Source: Gammaproteobacteria bacterium (GTDB lineage: Bacteria > Pseudomonadota > Gammaproteobacteria > Burkholderiales > Burkholderiaceae_C). From it: DNA of 64,000 bases. Position 1 is the first letter of the stretch; each line of letters begins with the position of its first letter. The stretch is from NCBI GenBank assembly GCA_025359085.1, contig JANYHL010000125.1, positions 841 through 64,840 of the forward strand, in the 5' to 3' direction. The notes under the pieces were generated by a model, which had not been told where the DNA came from, searched no databases, and worked only from the letters and a program-made list of their open reading frames with translations. This document shows, piece by piece, positions 35,636 to 46,115 of the stretch. The position numbers were made by a program, and so were the translations under genes.

Positions 35636-36958
35636 TTATCGGCCAATCGGGAAATACTCGATGCCCTTTGCGCGCACCCATTTTGGGTCATACAGGTTGC
35701 GACCGTCAAAAATCAGGGGCGCTTTGAGATGGGCTTTGACGGCGTCGAAGTCCGGACTGCGAAACTCCTTCCACTCGGTCACGATGACCAGCGCATCGGC
35801 ACCCTCCAACGTGTGCATCGGGGTTTGCGCGTAGCTCAGGCGCGACTCGGTGGCAAAAATTCGCCGGGCTTCGGGCATGGCGGCGGGGTCATAGGCCGTG
35901 AGGGTGGCGCCTGCTGCCAGCAAGTCGGCGACCAAGGCCCGGCTGGGTGCCTCGCGCATGTCATCGGTCTGCGGCTTGAAAGCCAGGCCCCACACGGCAA
36001 AGTGTTTGCCGGTCAGGTCATCGCCCAGGCGGGCTTTGATCTTGTGGCTCAGCACGTGCTTTTGGGCATCGTTGGCAGCCTCGACCGCGCCCAACACCTT
36101 CAGCTCCATGCCAGCCTGGTCGGCCGCAGTCCTGATCAAGGCCTTGACATCCTTTGGAAAGCACGAACCCCCATAGCCGCAGCCGGGGTATAAAAAATCG
36201 TAGCCAATGCGCGGGTCCGAGCCAATGCCTTGGCGCACCATCTCGATGTCGGCCCCCAGCTTTTCAGCCAGGTTGGCCAGCTCGTTCATAAAACTGATGC
36301 GGGTGGCTAGCATGGCGTTTGCAGCATATTTGGTCAGCTCCGCGCTGCGCACATCGGTGACGATCAGGCGGTCGCGGTTGCGCTGAAAGGGGGCGTACAA
36401 AGCACGCATCAGGTACACCGCCTGCTCATTGTCAGCCCCGACCACGATCCGGTCGGGCCGCATGAAGTCTTCAACCGCCGCACCTTCCTTGAGAAACTCC
36501 GGGTTGGACACCACGGCGTAAGGCGTTTCAACGCCGCGCTGGCGCAACTCATGGGCAATGGCTTCCCGCACCTTGTCGGCCGTGCCCACCGGCACTGTGC
36601 TTTTGTTGACCACCAGCTTGTAATCGGTCATTAGGCGCCCGATGTTGCGCGCTGCCACCAACACCTGCTGCAGGTCAGCCGCGCCATCCTCATCAGGCGG
36701 CGTACCGACGGCAATAAACTGGATGGTTCCGTGCTGCACGGTGCGCTCAACATCGGTCGTGAAGTGCATCCGCCCGGCTGCAACATTGCGCTGCACCAGA
36801 TCTTGCAGGGCCGGCTCATAGATCGGGATCAATCCCTCTTCAAGCAGGCGTATCTTCTCGCCATCCAGATCCAGACACATCACATCATTGCCGACTTCGG
36901 CCAGGCAAGCGCCACTGACCAAGCCCACATACCCGGTACCAACCACGGTGACTTTCAT
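35636..36958 (-). CDS. ugd: UDP-glucose 6-dehydrogenase
   Basis: [66 protein letters not shown]. Confidence 0.95.
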   Translation of the reverse strand: MKVTVVGTGYVGLVSGACLAEVGNDVMCLDLDGEKIRLLEEGLIPIYEPALQDLVQRNVAAGRMHFTTDVERTVQHGTIQFIAVGTPPDEDGAADLQQVLVAARNIGRLMTDYKLVVNKSTVPVGTADKVREAIAHELRQRGVETPYAVVSNPEFLKEGAAVEDFMRPDRIVVGADNEQAVYLMRALYAPFQRNRDRLIVTDVRSAELTKYAANAMLATRISFMNELANLAEKLGADIEMVRQGIGSDPRIGYDFLYPGCGYGGSCFPKDVKALIRTAADQAGMELKVLGAVEAANDAQKHVLSHKIKARLGDDLTGKHFAVWGLAFKPQTDDMREAPSRALVADLLAAGATLTAYDPAAMPEARRIFATESRLSYAQTPMHTLEGADALVIVTEWKEFRSPDFDAVKAHLKAPLIFDGRNLYDPKWVRAKGIEYFPIGR

Positions 36959-36985
36959 TTTTTCTCCCTGCAATTAAGGTTTCGT

Positions 36986-37936
36986 CTATCGAGCGCTGCG
37001 CAGATTGGCCAACATGCGCGCGCCAAAGCGCAGCCGGGTCGCGTCCCAAGGCGTAAAGCGCCGAATCTGGAACAGGTCATCGCCCACGCCGGATGCCCCC
37101 CAGCGGGTGCTGACGGCAGCATCAAAATCCAGCCGACGCACCAGCTCCACACTGTGCGGCGTGTAGTCATCACCCGGCTTGCCATTTGGGTAGGCAAACA
37201 GGCTGACGCGTTCAGCCAGCAATTGCTCCAGAAAGTCCTTGCTGGCCTGGATTTCGTGGCGCACCTGCTCGTCGGGGAGCCGCGCCAGAATGGGGTGGGA
37301 GACAGTGTGTGCGCCAATTTGCATGCCCGCCTGATGCAGGGCCTTGACCTGGTGCGAAGCCATCATCAGGTCACGGGGCGGCGCTACCTGCGCCAGCTGG
37401 GCAATTTGCTCAGTCACAACGAAACGCTGCTCACCGGGTCGGTACTTGATCTGATCGATGAGGGCTGCAATCGCTGTCCTCCTGTCCTCGACGCCGTCCA
37501 GGGCATGACGACCCAGGCCCAGGCAAGACAGGTCAAGAACCGGCAGTTGGCAAGCGCGCAGGGACTCGATGATGCGGTCATTCCACATACAGCCACCATC
37601 CAGAAAACCGGTGGCGATAAAGAAAGTGGCGTTCAGGCCATGGCGCTGCAAGATCGGCAACGCCACGTGGTAGTTGTCCGCGTAGCCATCATCAAAGGTA
37701 ATGCAAGCGGCGCGCGCGGGCAGGGTACCGGCTTTGAGCCCGGCCACTGCCGCGTCCAGAGGCAGCACGTTAAACCACGCGGCCAACCAGCCACACAGCC
37801 CATCAAAACGCCGGGCGTGCATTTCATCCGGAAAAAGCGGGTCGGATACCGGCAATACCCGGTGAAAGATCAACACCGACAAGCGGCTTCGGGCACCGCC
37901 CGGCGACAGGTACTCAAGCATGGGTTTGAGGACCAT
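36986..37936 (-). CDS. Polysaccharide deacetylase (CE4/NodB-like)
   Basis: LIFHRV, ITFDDGYADN, IGAHTVSHPIL, FAYPNG. ATG 37936 is TGATG-coupled to the upstream gene. Confidence 0.9.
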   Translation of the reverse strand: MVLKPMLEYLSPGGARSRLSVLIFHRVLPVSDPLFPDEMHARRFDGLCGWLAAWFNVLPLDAAVAGLKAGTLPARAACITFDDGYADNYHVALPILQRHGLNATFFIATGFLDGGCMWNDRIIESLRACQLPVLDLSCLGLGRHALDGVEDRRTAIAALIDQIKYRPGEQRFVVTEQIAQLAQVAPPRDLMMASHQVKALHQAGMQIGAHTVSHPILARLPDEQVRHEIQASKDFLEQLLAERVSLFAYPNGKPGDDYTPHSVELVRRLDFDAAVSTRWGASGVGDDLFQIRRFTPWDATRLRFGARMLANLRSAR

Positions 37937-39240
37937 CAGACCATGCTCGGCTTGGCGCTCTTGAGCGCCTGGTTCGCTTGCTGCACCTGCAACTCTTGCT
38001 CCTCCCGGACCCACTCCTTGCTGTCCATCCAGCGGCAACCCAGCACCACCAGCACCAACAGGTTGTAGGGCAAGTCGTAGTACGACAAGCTCAGAAAGGC
38101 GCCGCCCACCGCGTACCCTGCCAGGCTGACTTGGCACATCGCCCCCAAATGCGACAGCCATTGGGTTTGAGGCAATTCTTTCCCCTGAATCCGCAAGCGC
38201 CCGGCTGAACGCCAGACAAAAAACCACAAAAGCAAAAACAGAAAAAGACCAATAAAGCCGTGTTCGCCCAGCACCATAAAGTAGATGCTGTGGGCGGCGT
38301 GCAGATCGAGCGGATTGGGCGCGTAGAGCGCGAACAGGTCGGGCATGTAGACCATGAATCCACCACCAAAAATATTGGCTTTGGCCAGGTTCCAAGCCAT
38401 CCACCAGGCATTGATGCGCCCAGTCGCGGAGGCGTCGTCTTCATACTCGCTGATCGTCCCCATTCGATCCCACCAGCTGTCCGGCATGAATGACAGCAAG
38501 GCCAAGCCCACGGCCAGGAGAGAAAGCAGTCCAAGCACTTTTTTGTCACTGCGCCACCACAGCACACAAGCCATGGCCACAATGGCGAGCAGCGCACCAC
38601 GCGACTGGCTTCCCAGCGCTGCCGCAGCACACAAGAACATCGACAACATGAGCCCACGCTTGATCCAGACCGACTCCGTGGTGAGCTGCAAGAAGCGCAT
38701 CAAAGGAATGATCATCACCAAGGCCAGGGCCACCTCGTTGTTGCCTCCAATGTAGGTTCCGGTCGGCCCCCAAACCCGATAAGTACCGCCCGTTGCCAGC
38801 GTAAACAAGCCGCCCTTGACACCAAAAAATCCGATCGATGCCGCCAATATCCAGGCCAGCAACGTGATGTGTTTCTTTGAGCAGAGCACGACCATCGCAA
38901 CCAGCACCATCAGGTCAATTTTCATGACCCTTTTCCATAAGTCAAAGCTTTCATCAAAGTAAAACGAAAACGGCAAGGTGACGCACATCCACAGCATGAA
39001 CAGCATCAACACGGCGGTTTCGCGCGTTACAAAAAATTGACGCCGGTCACGCGTGAGCAGCACGCCCAGCAAGGTGGTGCCAGCAATCGCCGCCGCCACC
39101 GGCATGCTGCTCAATTGCCAGCTGTAGGCGTGCGGATTCATGATGCTGATCCAGGTCCAGCCCAAGATGCCAACCCAGGGATGCAGCATGCCATAGGCTG
39201 AAAAAACAAGAATAATCGAACCCAGGAGATAGTCACGCAT
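37936..39240 (-). CDS. Putative O-glycosylation ligase / Wzy, exosortase A system-associated (TIGR03097-like)
   Basis: MRD..., WISIMNPH, GGNNEVA, SQSRGALL, GRINAW, AHSIYFMVLGEHGFIG. Confidence 0.88.
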   Translation of the reverse strand: MRDYLLGSIILVFSAYGMLHPWVGILGWTWISIMNPHAYSWQLSSMPVAAAIAGTTLLGVLLTRDRRQFFVTRETAVLMLFMLWMCVTLPFSFYFDESFDLWKRVMKIDLMVLVAMVVLCSKKHITLLAWILAASIGFFGVKGGLFTLATGGTYRVWGPTGTYIGGNNEVALALVMIIPLMRFLQLTTESVWIKRGLMLSMFLCAAAALGSQSRGALLAIVAMACVLWWRSDKKVLGLLSLLAVGLALLSFMPDSWWDRMGTISEYEDDASATGRINAWWMAWNLAKANIFGGGFMVYMPDLFALYAPNPLDLHAAHSIYFMVLGEHGFIGLFLFLLLWFFVWRSAGRLRIQGKELPQTQWLSHLGAMCQVSLAGYAVGGAFLSLSYYDLPYNLLVLVVLGCRWMDSKEWVREEQELQVQQANQALKSAKPSMV

Positions 39241-40453
39241 GCAGGACCTCCTTGCTTTGCACTGCAATTTTTTGAAACATGGCCAGCTGGGCATCCGTGG
39301 TGCTCTGCCAGCTGAAGTTTTCAGCATAAGAGCGAACCTGCGCGCGGTCCGGGTAAGACGCCAGCAAGGCACTGATGGCCTGCGCGAAGGCGCCGCCTTC
39401 ACGCTGATCGACCAGCCGCCCGGCCACAGCCTGCGCTACCACTTCTGGCGTGCCCCAGATGCGGGCGGCCACCACCGGCGTGCCACACGCCATGGATTCA
39501 AGCAGCACATTGGCCCAGCCCTCACGGCTTGACGCCAGAATCAGCACGTCGGCCGCGCTGTACCAGCGAAACAGCTCCACATTGGGCAAAGCACCGGTGA
39601 AAGTGACACGATTTTCTACCCCCAACCGCTTGCACAACTGCAGCAGTGAGTCGCGTTCTTCGCCGTCGCCCACGATGATCAAGCGCGCTTGTGGGTGAGA
39701 CGGCAGCAGTTGGGACAGGGCGTCAATCGCTACGTGGTGCCCTTTGCGCTGGATCAGGTAGCCCACCGAGAGCAGCAGCGGAGAACCAGTCAAACCCAGC
39801 TCGCTGCGCGCCGCTTCTTGCCGCAGGGGTCGAAAGCGCAACAAATCGACCCCATTGCGCATGACATGCAGACGGTCTTGCGGAATTTTCCAGGCGCGCA
39901 GAACATCCACCAGCGCTGAGCAGACCCCCACCGACGCGGCAGCACGGGACGCGGCCCATTGCATCATCCATCGTGGCAGGGTGTACTGCGGGATCAGGTT
40001 CAGGTCGGTACCCCGCGCGGTCACGGTGAAAGGCTTATTGAAGTGGCGCGCCAGCAAGGCCGCAGCCACGCCGTCGGGGTAGTAATAATGCGCGTCGATG
40101 GCATCGAACTCATACCCCTCGGCGATCAACTGCCGTAGCGCCGACGCCGCCCCCCATGCCATGCTCAGCGGCGCCAAGGTCATGCCGACCTTGGGCGGCA
40201 ACAGATAACGCGGATGCAGGACGTCAATGCCGTTGTAGGTTTCCCGCCTGGGCGTGCTGGCCATGCGGGCGTAGTCACCATAGCGTGGGTCGGTGGAAAA
40301 GAACCACGGCACGGGCGCCACAACCCGCACCTCCACTTTGCCACTGCTCAGGAGTTCACGCAGCCGGGTTTCAACAAAGATGCCATGGCCCGGTCGCACG
40401 CTACTGGGGTACAAGGTCGAGAACGTCAGCAAACGAATTTTTCTGGAACTCAC
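39233..40453 (-). CDS. GT4 family glycosyltransferase
   Basis: FSTLYP, DAHYYYPDG, RGTDLN, NGVD, REGWANVLLESMACGTPVV; GTGA overlap start at 40453. Confidence 0.9.
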   Translation of the reverse strand: MSSRKIRLLTFSTLYPSSVRPGHGIFVETRLRELLSSGKVEVRVVAPVPWFFSTDPRYGDYARMASTPRRETYNGIDVLHPRYLLPPKVGMTLAPLSMAWGAASALRQLIAEGYEFDAIDAHYYYPDGVAAALLARHFNKPFTVTARGTDLNLIPQYTLPRWMMQWAASRAAASVGVCSALVDVLRAWKIPQDRLHVMRNGVDLLRFRPLRQEAARSELGLTGSPLLLSVGYLIQRKGHHVAIDALSQLLPSHPQARLIIVGDGEERDSLLQLCKRLGVENRVTFTGALPNVELFRWYSAADVLILASSREGWANVLLESMACGTPVVAARIWGTPEVVAQAVAGRLVDQREGGAFAQAISALLASYPDRAQVRSYAENFSWQSTTDAQLAMFQKIAVQSKEVLHA

Positions 40454-41652
40454 AGCAAGTTCTTTCTCAGCGTTTGTGCGGAGCCCGCAGTGGGTTCGTC
40501 CGCGACACCGGTGGCGGCAAACAGGCTCGCCACTTTGTGTGCATGCTGGCGCCACGTCAGCTGCTTGCACGCAATCAGTTGCTGCGCCGCTGCCCCCATG
40601 CGCGCGCGCAAGGTCGTGTCCTGGCATAAGGCGTTCAAAGCCTTTTCAAGACCGGCATGGTCGTCCGGGTCATAGAGCAAGGCATTGACACCCGAAGTCA
40701 AAATTTCGTGGTGATTGGGCTGGTCAGGCGCCACAATCGCCTTGCCCAAGGCCAGATACTCAAACAGACAAAGGGGCGAGGCATACGGCACCAAGGCCGT
40801 CTGCAGGGCGATATCAAACGCCACGGCCAAAGCGGGCACCTGGTCGCGCGGCACGGCCCCGGTAAAAGTGAGGCGGTCAGCCACGCCAAGCCGGGCCGCA
40901 CAGGCCTCAATCCCGGCACGCGCGGGCCCGTCCCCAATCACCAGCAAATGCACGTTGTGCTGGGCGGCACTGTGCGCGACCCAGACCAGGATGCGGTCCA
41001 GCCGGTCCCACTCCCGCACAAAACCGGTAAAACCAATCACCAGGCGCCCGCCCAGACCCAGCCTATCTTTGGCCTGGGCTAACGAGGGCAAATTTTTGTA
41101 ATGATCTTCATTGATGCCATTCGGTATGACGCGAATGCGCGCCGGATCAATGCCTTGGGTCACCATGTAGTCGGCCAGCACCCGGGTCACCGGCAAAATC
41201 ACATCGGCGTGCTGCCAGACATAGCGCTCCGCCCAATCGGCCAAGCGCGGCCAGGACAGCCCGCCGTACTGACGCCGCTCCTGTGCCATGGGTGCGTTGA
41301 CCTCCAGTATCAGAGGCAGGCCAAAGCGCTTTTTAGCCCATATGCCGGCCAGCAAATAGAGGTTGTAACGCTCGTAAATGCCATCGGGCTTGTCTTGCCT
41401 GACCGCCGCGCAGAGCCGTCGATAAGCCAGCACCGAGTAGGCCAACTCGGCCAATTCATAGAGTTGCTTCGGCATCCTGGTTTTGAGCTGTCCAACCCAG
41501 CCCGGACTGCCACCGGACTGGTTTTTCCCCGCTACCTGCGGTGAGCTCACCCGCACGCCATGGCCTTCAGCACGCAGGCTGGCAATCATTTCGTCGATAT
41601 GAGTAGATTGACCGTCGCGTGAGGCAGTGCGGTGATGGTAAAGAATCTTCAT
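40450..41652 (-). CDS. GT4 family glycosyltransferase
   Basis: YERYN, LEVNAP, IPNGI, SPLCLFEYLALGKAIV. Confidence 0.9.
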   Translation of the reverse strand: MKILYHHRTASRDGQSTHIDEMIASLRAEGHGVRVSSPQVAGKNQSGGSPGWVGQLKTRMPKQLYELAELAYSVLAYRRLCAAVRQDKPDGIYERYNLYLLAGIWAKKRFGLPLILEVNAPMAQERRQYGGLSWPRLADWAERYVWQHADVILPVTRVLADYMVTQGIDPARIRVIPNGINEDHYKNLPSLAQAKDRLGLGGRLVIGFTGFVREWDRLDRILVWVAHSAAQHNVHLLVIGDGPARAGIEACAARLGVADRLTFTGAVPRDQVPALAVAFDIALQTALVPYASPLCLFEYLALGKAIVAPDQPNHHEILTSGVNALLYDPDDHAGLEKALNALCQDTTLRARMGAAAQQLIACKQLTWRQHAHKVASLFAATGVADEPTAGSAQTLRKNLL

Positions 41653-41656
41653 ACAC

Positions 41657-43576
41657 TCAACCTGGGACAGATTGCGCTACGCCTGCCCCACAGGTGTTGC
41701 GCAGAAAAGCGTCATACATCATCAAAGTCCAAAGCGGCGTGCTGTTATCACGCGCACCCCGCTCATGTTGCTCGATCATCTGGCGTATCGTGATCTGGTC
41801 GAACCAACCCGAGTCCGCCAACGGCCCAGCCAAGAGAGCGCCGCGAACCCGTTCACGCAAGGGGCCCCGGAACCAGCTTGCCAGCGGTACGGCAAACCCC
41901 ATCTTGGGGCGGTACATGATCTCATTGGGGAGATGCGGCTCCATCGCCTTCTTCAACAAGAACTTGCTCTCGCCTCCTCTTATCTTCATGGAAGAGGGCA
42001 GCGTGGCCAGCCATTCAACAATCTCATGATCCATCAGTGGCTCGCGTACTTCCAGCGAATGAGCCATGCTGGCGCGATCAACCTTGGTATTGATGTCACC
42101 AACCAGATAGGTGTGCATATCGATGTATTGAATCAGCGCCAGGGGGTCATCCGTGTCAGCTCTTGCTGCATGCTGTGAAAACACCTCGCGGGCGTTGTAC
42201 CCACCCAACCCTGTTTTCAATGAACGGCTGTAGAGGCGGTTGCGCTCGTCATCGCGCAACAGTGACATGCTGTGAAAATAGGCCTCCACCGAGCTGCGTG
42301 CCAGCGCCTCGAAGGTGGTCTTGGCCCGCAATACACGCGGCGCCCAGTCAGCTTTCGGGTAGAGCTGCCCCAAAGTTCCGAAAAGTGGCCGCCGCAAGCC
42401 CACCGGGAGCGCTGCGCGCATGCGCTCTTCCATCAAATGAAGCTTGTAGCGACGATAGCCGCCAAAGGTTTCATCCCCGCCGTCCCCCGACAGGGCCACC
42501 GTGACATGCTTGCGCGCCAACTGGCAAACGCGGTAGGTGGGAATGGCCGAGCTGTCAGCGTAGGGCTCGTCGTAAAGCCGGGCCAAGGTGTCGATCAGAT
42601 CGAAATCATCGCTTTGCACCGTCTCAACATGGTGATGGGTGCGGTAACGATCAGCCACGGTTTGCGCGAAGGCGGTTTCGTTGAAAGCCGGGTCTTCAAA
42701 GGCAATGGAGCAGGTGTTGACCGGCTCCATTGACAGGCCCGCCATCATGGCCACCACCGCGCTGGAATCCACCCCGCCGGATAAAAAAGCGCCGAGCGGC
42801 ACTTCGGCAATCATGCGCAGCCGTATCGACTCCTGCAGCTTCTCGGCCAACTGCTCGCAAGCTTGCTCATCGCTGATTTTTGCATTCAGGCTGAAGCAGA
42901 TATCCCAATAGGACCGCGGCTCACTTACCCGCTCGCCACGGCGAAGTAGCAACGTGTGGGCCGGCGGCAGCTTTCTCGTCGACTTGAAGATCGTGCGCGG
43001 CTCAGCCACATAACCGAGGGCAAAATATTCCTCCACCGCCAGCGGATCAATGTCGCGTCGCAACCCGTCATGCGCCAGAATCGACTTGAGCTCCGAGCCA
43101 AACAACAGCATGCCGTCGTCCAGCAGCGCGTAGTACAAAGGCTTGACGCCCAGCCGGTCGCGCGCCATGAAAAATAGCTGCTGGTTTCGATCCCACAGCG
43201 CAAACGCGAACATGCCACGAAAGCGTTGGACGCACTTGACGCCCCAAGACTCCCAGGCGTGGACGATTACCTCGGTGTCACTGCGGGTGTGAAACACATG
43301 GCCGAGCGCCTGCAATTCGGGGATCAGTTGCTGGTAGTTGTAGATTTCGCCGTTGAACACCACCACCACGGAGCGATCTTCATTGAACAGCGGCTGCTGG
43401 CCGGTGGCAATATCAATGATCGCCAGGCGCCGGTGGCCCAAACCAAGGCCGGGCTCAAGGTGCAAGCAACCCTCGTCCGGCCCGCGGTGCAGTTGCGAAT
43501 CGTTCATGCGCTGCAAGACGGCGCGGTCGATATCCCGACTGCCGCGGGTGTCAAAAATACCGGTAATGCCACACAT
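41657..43576 (-). CDS. Glutamine-dependent amidotransferase (AsnB family), XrtA-system type (TIGR03108-like)
   Basis: MCGITG (intact Ntn Cys), GHRRLAIID, FNGEIYN, RDRLGVKPLYY, FLSGGVDSS, KMGF. Confidence 0.93.
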   Translation of the reverse strand: MCGITGIFDTRGSRDIDRAVLQRMNDSQLHRGPDEGCLHLEPGLGLGHRRLAIIDIATGQQPLFNEDRSVVVVFNGEIYNYQQLIPELQALGHVFHTRSDTEVIVHAWESWGVKCVQRFRGMFAFALWDRNQQLFFMARDRLGVKPLYYALLDDGMLLFGSELKSILAHDGLRRDIDPLAVEEYFALGYVAEPRTIFKSTRKLPPAHTLLLRRGERVSEPRSYWDICFSLNAKISDEQACEQLAEKLQESIRLRMIAEVPLGAFLSGGVDSSAVVAMMAGLSMEPVNTCSIAFEDPAFNETAFAQTVADRYRTHHHVETVQSDDFDLIDTLARLYDEPYADSSAIPTYRVCQLARKHVTVALSGDGGDETFGGYRRYKLHLMEERMRAALPVGLRRPLFGTLGQLYPKADWAPRVLRAKTTFEALARSSVEAYFHSMSLLRDDERNRLYSRSLKTGLGGYNAREVFSQHAARADTDDPLALIQYIDMHTYLVGDINTKVDRASMAHSLEVREPLMDHEIVEWLATLPSSMKIRGGESKFLLKKAMEPHLPNEIMYRPKMGFAVPLASWFRGPLRERVRGALLAGPLADSGWFDQITIRQMIEQHERGARDNSTPLWTLMMYDAFLRNTCGAGVAQSVPG

Positions 43577-43581
43577 GCTGT

Positions 43582-44787
43582 TTACTGATGTTGAAGGGTG
43601 GGATGAGCCGAACCTCGGCGGCGCAATTGCTGGTCGTAAATCGACTGATAGGTGGACACCATCGCCTGCATACTGAAATTGGCCTGCACGCGCTGGCGGC
43701 CGACCTGCCCCATGTGGCGCGCCCGCTCTGGGTTGGAGGCCAGTTCCACCAGCCGAAAGGCCATGGCCTGTGGATTAGCCGGAGCCACCATCAGCCCGGT
43801 CTTGCCCTGCACCACCAGGTCCGCATTGCCCCCCACCGTCGTAGCGATCACCGGCAACGCGCTGGCCATGGCCTCCAGAATGGAGTTGGAAATGCCCTCG
43901 GCCAGCGATGGCAAGGCAAAGAGGTGCAGACCGCGCAGGATGTCAGCCACGTCGCCCCGCTCACCGGGCAACCAAGCCAGATGAGCCAAACCTGCCTGCG
44001 CCAGCACCGCTTGGACCTGCGCACGCAAGGGCCCGTCCCCCACCATCACCAGACGCAAACGTTGCTGCAAATCGGGCGCCACGGAAAGCGCTTGCACAAA
44101 CGCATGGGCCAGCATCACTTGATCCTTCACCGCCTGCATGCGCCCGACCGTCCCCACCAGCCAGTGCTGTTGTGGGTCAAACGGGCAATTGGCGATCGGA
44201 ACAGGGCCCGCGGGCGCCGCATGAAAGTGCGCCGTATCGACGCCGTTATAGGCTTGGGTGATGGCTGATTTTGAAACATGCACCTTATCCATCAGATAGT
44301 CAGCCAGATCGCGCGACAAGGCCGTGTAATGATGAACGAAGGGCTTGTAGAAACGGCGTTGGCGCTGGTAGGCGTGGTTGTTTCCATCCAGATCGCCCAC
44401 ATCCCGCCCGTGTTCGCCGTGAATGCGAACCGGCACCCCGGCCGCCCAGGCCGGGGCTTGCGCCTCCAGCGCGGCGAGGTTGCGGCTGTGCACAATAGCG
44501 GGGCGCAGTTGCCGAAATATCTTGAACAGCCTGGCGTATTGCCAAAACCCTTGACCGGGTGGCTTTTGCAGTGCGATGAACTCAACATCGTTGCGCTGCA
44601 CGCGCTGCTTGAAATTTGTGATTTCCGTCAACGCCAGCACCGCATGACGATAGGTGTCCGAGGGCATGTGGTTGATGAGGTTGACAATACCGTTCTCCAG
44701 ACCCCCGGTGTCAAAGCGGTAAGTCACATGCAGCACCAGTGGACGCGGGTCACCTTGCATACAAAACCTTCCGTGAGGCGCGCTCAC
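43582..44787 (-). CDS. GT4 sugar transferase, PEP-CTERM-associated (TIGR03088-like)
   Basis: GGLENG, HSRNLAALE, HGEHGRD, EGISNSILEAMASALPV. Confidence 0.9.
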   Translation of the reverse strand: MSAPHGRFCMQGDPRPLVLHVTYRFDTGGLENGIVNLINHMPSDTYRHAVLALTEITNFKQRVQRNDVEFIALQKPPGQGFWQYARLFKIFRQLRPAIVHSRNLAALEAQAPAWAAGVPVRIHGEHGRDVGDLDGNNHAYQRQRRFYKPFVHHYTALSRDLADYLMDKVHVSKSAITQAYNGVDTAHFHAAPAGPVPIANCPFDPQQHWLVGTVGRMQAVKDQVMLAHAFVQALSVAPDLQQRLRLVMVGDGPLRAQVQAVLAQAGLAHLAWLPGERGDVADILRGLHLFALPSLAEGISNSILEAMASALPVIATTVGGNADLVVQGKTGLMVAPANPQAMAFRLVELASNPERARHMGQVGRQRVQANFSMQAMVSTYQSIYDQQLRRRGSAHPTLQHQ

Positions 44788-46064
44788 AGGCGCCAGAGTT
44801 TGTAGCCAGCCGCTTCGATCGCGCTGCGATCAAAAGCGGCCTTGACATCAATGAACGCGCCGCCCTTCACCAGCTTCTTGCCGAAATCTTCGACCGTCAA
44901 GGTGGCGTACTCCCGATGCGCCACCGCCGCCACAATGGCATCGGCGCGTGGCAGTTCCGCCCAGCGTAACAGCGTCACACCGTATTCATGCATGGCTTCA
45001 GCCATATCAGCCCGCGGATCGGTCACAAAGACCTCCACACCGTAGGACTTGAGTTCATGAATGATGTCAACCACTTTGGAGTTGCGAAGATCGCTACAGT
45101 TTTCTTTAAAGGTCAGCCCCAAGATGTTGACCTTGGCGCCTTTGATGTAGCTGTCAGCGGCGATCATCTGCTTGATGGTTTGCTCCGCAATGAATTTGCC
45201 CATGCCATCATTGATGCGACGTCCGGCCAAAATAACTTGCGGGTTGTACCCCAGCATCTCGGCCTTGTGCGTCAGGTAGTAGGGGTCTACGCCGATGCAA
45301 TGCCCCCCCACCAGACCGGGCTGAAATTTAAGAAAATTCCATTTGGTGCCCGCAGCTGCAAGCACCTCGGTGGTGTCGATACCAAGTTTGTCGAAGATGA
45401 TGGACAGCTCGTTCATCAAGGAGATATTCAGATCACGCTGGGTGTTCTCAATCACCTTGGCAGCTTCTGCGGCCTTGATACTGGACGCACGATGCACGCC
45501 CGGCAAGATGATGGTTTCGTACAGCTCGGCTACTTTGTTCAGCGTATCAGGGCTGTCGCCAGAAACGACTTTCAGAATTTTTGTGAGGGTGTGCTCTTTG
45601 TCACCCGGGTTGATTCGCTCAGGCGAGTAGCCGACAAAGAAGTCTTTTTTCCAGGTCAGACCGGACGCTCGTTCCAGTACCGGAATACAGACTTCCTCGG
45701 TCGCCCCCGGGTAAACCGTTGACTCGTAGACGACGATAGCGCCGCTCTTCATGTTGCCGCCAACGCTGGCGCTGGCACCGATGAGCGGTCGAAAATCTGG
45801 AATATGGGCGGTGTCCACCGGCGTCGGCACGGCTACCACGATGATGTCTGCCTCAGCCAGCATGCGGGGGTCGGCGGTATACACGGCATGGGGAGACGCC
45901 CGCATATCTTCATCCGACAGTTCGCGCGAGGGATCAACTCCTTTGAGGCAGGACTCAACTTTGGACACGGAAATATCAAACCCAATGGTACGAAAGTGTT
46001 TGCCAAACTCAACCACCAAGGGCAAACCCACATAACCCAATCCAATCACGGCGATCACACTCAT
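44784..46064 (-). CDS. UDP-N-acetylhexosamine 6-dehydrogenase (WbpA/TviB-like)
   Basis: GLGYVGLP, YESTVYPG, YSPERINPGD, KVIENTQRD, GGHCIGVDPYYL, GLTFKENC; GGAGG SD. Confidence 0.92.
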   Translation of the reverse strand: MSVIAVIGLGYVGLPLVVEFGKHFRTIGFDISVSKVESCLKGVDPSRELSDEDMRASPHAVYTADPRMLAEADIIVVAVPTPVDTAHIPDFRPLIGASASVGGNMKSGAIVVYESTVYPGATEEVCIPVLERASGLTWKKDFFVGYSPERINPGDKEHTLTKILKVVSGDSPDTLNKVAELYETIILPGVHRASSIKAAEAAKVIENTQRDLNISLMNELSIIFDKLGIDTTEVLAAAGTKWNFLKFQPGLVGGHCIGVDPYYLTHKAEMLGYNPQVILAGRRINDGMGKFIAEQTIKQMIAADSYIKGAKVNILGLTFKENCSDLRNSKVVDIIHELKSYGVEVFVTDPRADMAEAMHEYGVTLLRWAELPRADAIVAAVAHREYATLTVEDFGKKLVKGGAFIDVKAAFDRSAIEAAGYKLWRL

Positions 46065-46115
46065 CACGAAACCTCCACGATGTTCATCAATTAAAGAAAT
46101 CTCTTTTTTTGTTCA

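Noticed and set aside
36731-38068. 445-aa plus-strand ORF, and similar long antisense ORFs at 1791, 8873, 34184 and 61870
   Set aside because: They are antisense to well-supported genes and carry no motifs; long shadow ORFs are expected at high GC.
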